Shown here piece by piece: positions 63,801 to 64,000 of a DNA stretch of 64,000 nucleotides (the first letter of the stretch is position 1; each line of letters begins with the position of its first letter). The stretch spans positions 1 through 64,000 of the forward strand of contig LT642149.1 of NCBI GenBank assembly GCA_900128585.1, written 5' to 3'. Source of the DNA: Stramenopiles sp. TOSAG23-3 (Eukaryota). The notes beneath the pieces are model-generated. The model had not been told where the DNA came from. It saw only the letters and a program-made list of their open reading frames with translations, and searched no databases. Made by a program: the position numbers and the translations under genes.

Positions 63801-64000
63801 CACCGCACAATAATGATGGCAATCGACGTTTCTTCAGAAGTTGCGTTTGCCCCGAAAAGTAATCTGGATAGGTCAAATAGTCCTAGACCATTTCTTGCGC
63901 ATAGAAGCGAACCAAATATTCTCTCAAGCATCAGACTTGAATGCGACCGTCCAAGCAGGTTTTCTTCCGCAGGAAACCCCCCATTATCAAATGCCAAGTC
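60878..64000 (-). CDS. WD40-repeat protein with upstream helical region (NWD/TEP1-like); 5' end outside the window
   Basis: Many GH..WD repeats (GHRNSV..IIIWD, GHHCPVTSISW..LLWD, GHSSSICKVLFSP..IEIWD); frame open to the window edge. Confidence 0.8.
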   Translation of the reverse strand, partial: DLAFDNGGFPAEENLLGRSHSSLMLERIFGSLLCARNGLGLFDLSRLLFGANATSEETSIAIIIVRWVLQQADLVFPDLALSTMTTVWLPYGTFRDAVVKIYCPSVQKEAKHFQLLANYFAETKDEERDSTILQDLPYFQMKAFDVKALESTICNLLYVGQCCGNRSHINIGSHYVLETMKNYKNILQIMSTSVYKNLVKDFGKKYAVDHLERVLANVAQCLSFVQHYCIALQRDSRTWFQLALNLPPHAALHVQARRLISNSSASLPSNDWYNWINKPFRHSTSPVVYASFENGDITATYNSTYGCVLTIGHSDGRVYMLDKTTGNVVQTFAKAGHRNSVQNVFMLSYGAFLVSISARKIIIWDTSTGLVLCRTVFENDILASSEFPQSVNNTFLAFATGAEDGTVRLWYFVCDSYGNREVNDRSSKLTLPNASVSTCMAFTPCGTYLAIGCSDCCIRLYLVGESKLVFDHAINTEKQLGYVTVMEINPTSELIACSDSIGGLILLYSMDGSLLNTLTGHHCPVTSISWSLKPGFLVSASRGGRTLLWDLNKELGPEASVIDSAFTEATHVSFEKPSNSSSGGIIVVDKHFVKRFVLGTMAAATGSVEETVLSKFKIHYHAINGAKNARFQFRKDMLLKYMDNVSIGTHNGHVTCGAFSPSSHKLVTGSSSGEVSVVTYEKNQPPTERHILEGHSSSICKVLFSPKDAYLATAAIDGDIEIWDGTSYEHHKTLKWHTAPVTAMQFSKDLKSLVSGCGSGIVQRWDLATGAYVEFGSEMTKLNNMHKSSVLFVGFSEDEKRILSISKEGDIRIFTSESIDLLKICTTIQTHHLLEMARPCPHQPFKMYALLGSTFVSFSLIDVLDLEQFDGELSVENHISRTKTELYNRTRSNPENALQFPDKDVVALRDHLKVLQSEIEEKRNKSGMKAQTSINVQTVLKCKDKLAVKIFDVLASHGFKDENAVDKILCDRNGKGILVTSSLNDKMSKKSEFKTYGKVTCLGTCPHDPAMVFCGDSLGHVYILSHHTSGEMELDEPDIE

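Noticed and set aside
1-64000. tRNA/rRNA genes, alternative genetic code, selenocysteine readthrough
   Set aside because: None recognised by eye; conserved genes are full length in the standard code and all three stop codons are used

Overview
Eukaryotic nuclear DNA from a compact, intron-poor protist genome. A stramenopile-like lineage is a guess from gene content and is not established. GC-balanced coding blocks alternate with very AT-rich, microsatellite-laden spacers; the standard genetic code is used and there is one 70-N assembly gap. About 22 protein genes lie mostly on alternating strands: SMS/IPC synthase, a triple-domain chondroitin-synthase-like glycosyltransferase, mevalonate kinase, NAXD, an SH3-DOCK GEF, VPS29 (one clear GT-AG intron), CCT2, a FYR/bromo/WHIM chromatin protein, a Zn-knuckle DUSP, a GATA-finger/EF-hand protein, PEX19, a mitochondrial carrier, a multi-GAF/PAS pseudo-cyclase, a DCAF-type WD40/TPR protein, a ubiquitin-like fusion, a NEK kinase, a SpoU methylase, a cAR-like GPCR, an Hrq1 helicase, a partial WD40 protein and two orphans. 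Most notable: (1) an apparently split DNMT1-RFTS domain with FYR and TFIIS-N domains nested inside it; (2) a GT31-GT31-GT7 glycosyltransferase fusion; (3) a 76-aa diGly ubiquitin-like leader on a non-ribosomal protein; (4) a dispersed ~100-bp repeat family found mostly at gene 3' ends; (5) GGTACC palindromes in divergent promoters; (6) two genes broken by +1 frameshifts, most likely assembly errors. All domain calls are motif recognition by eye; no searches were run.
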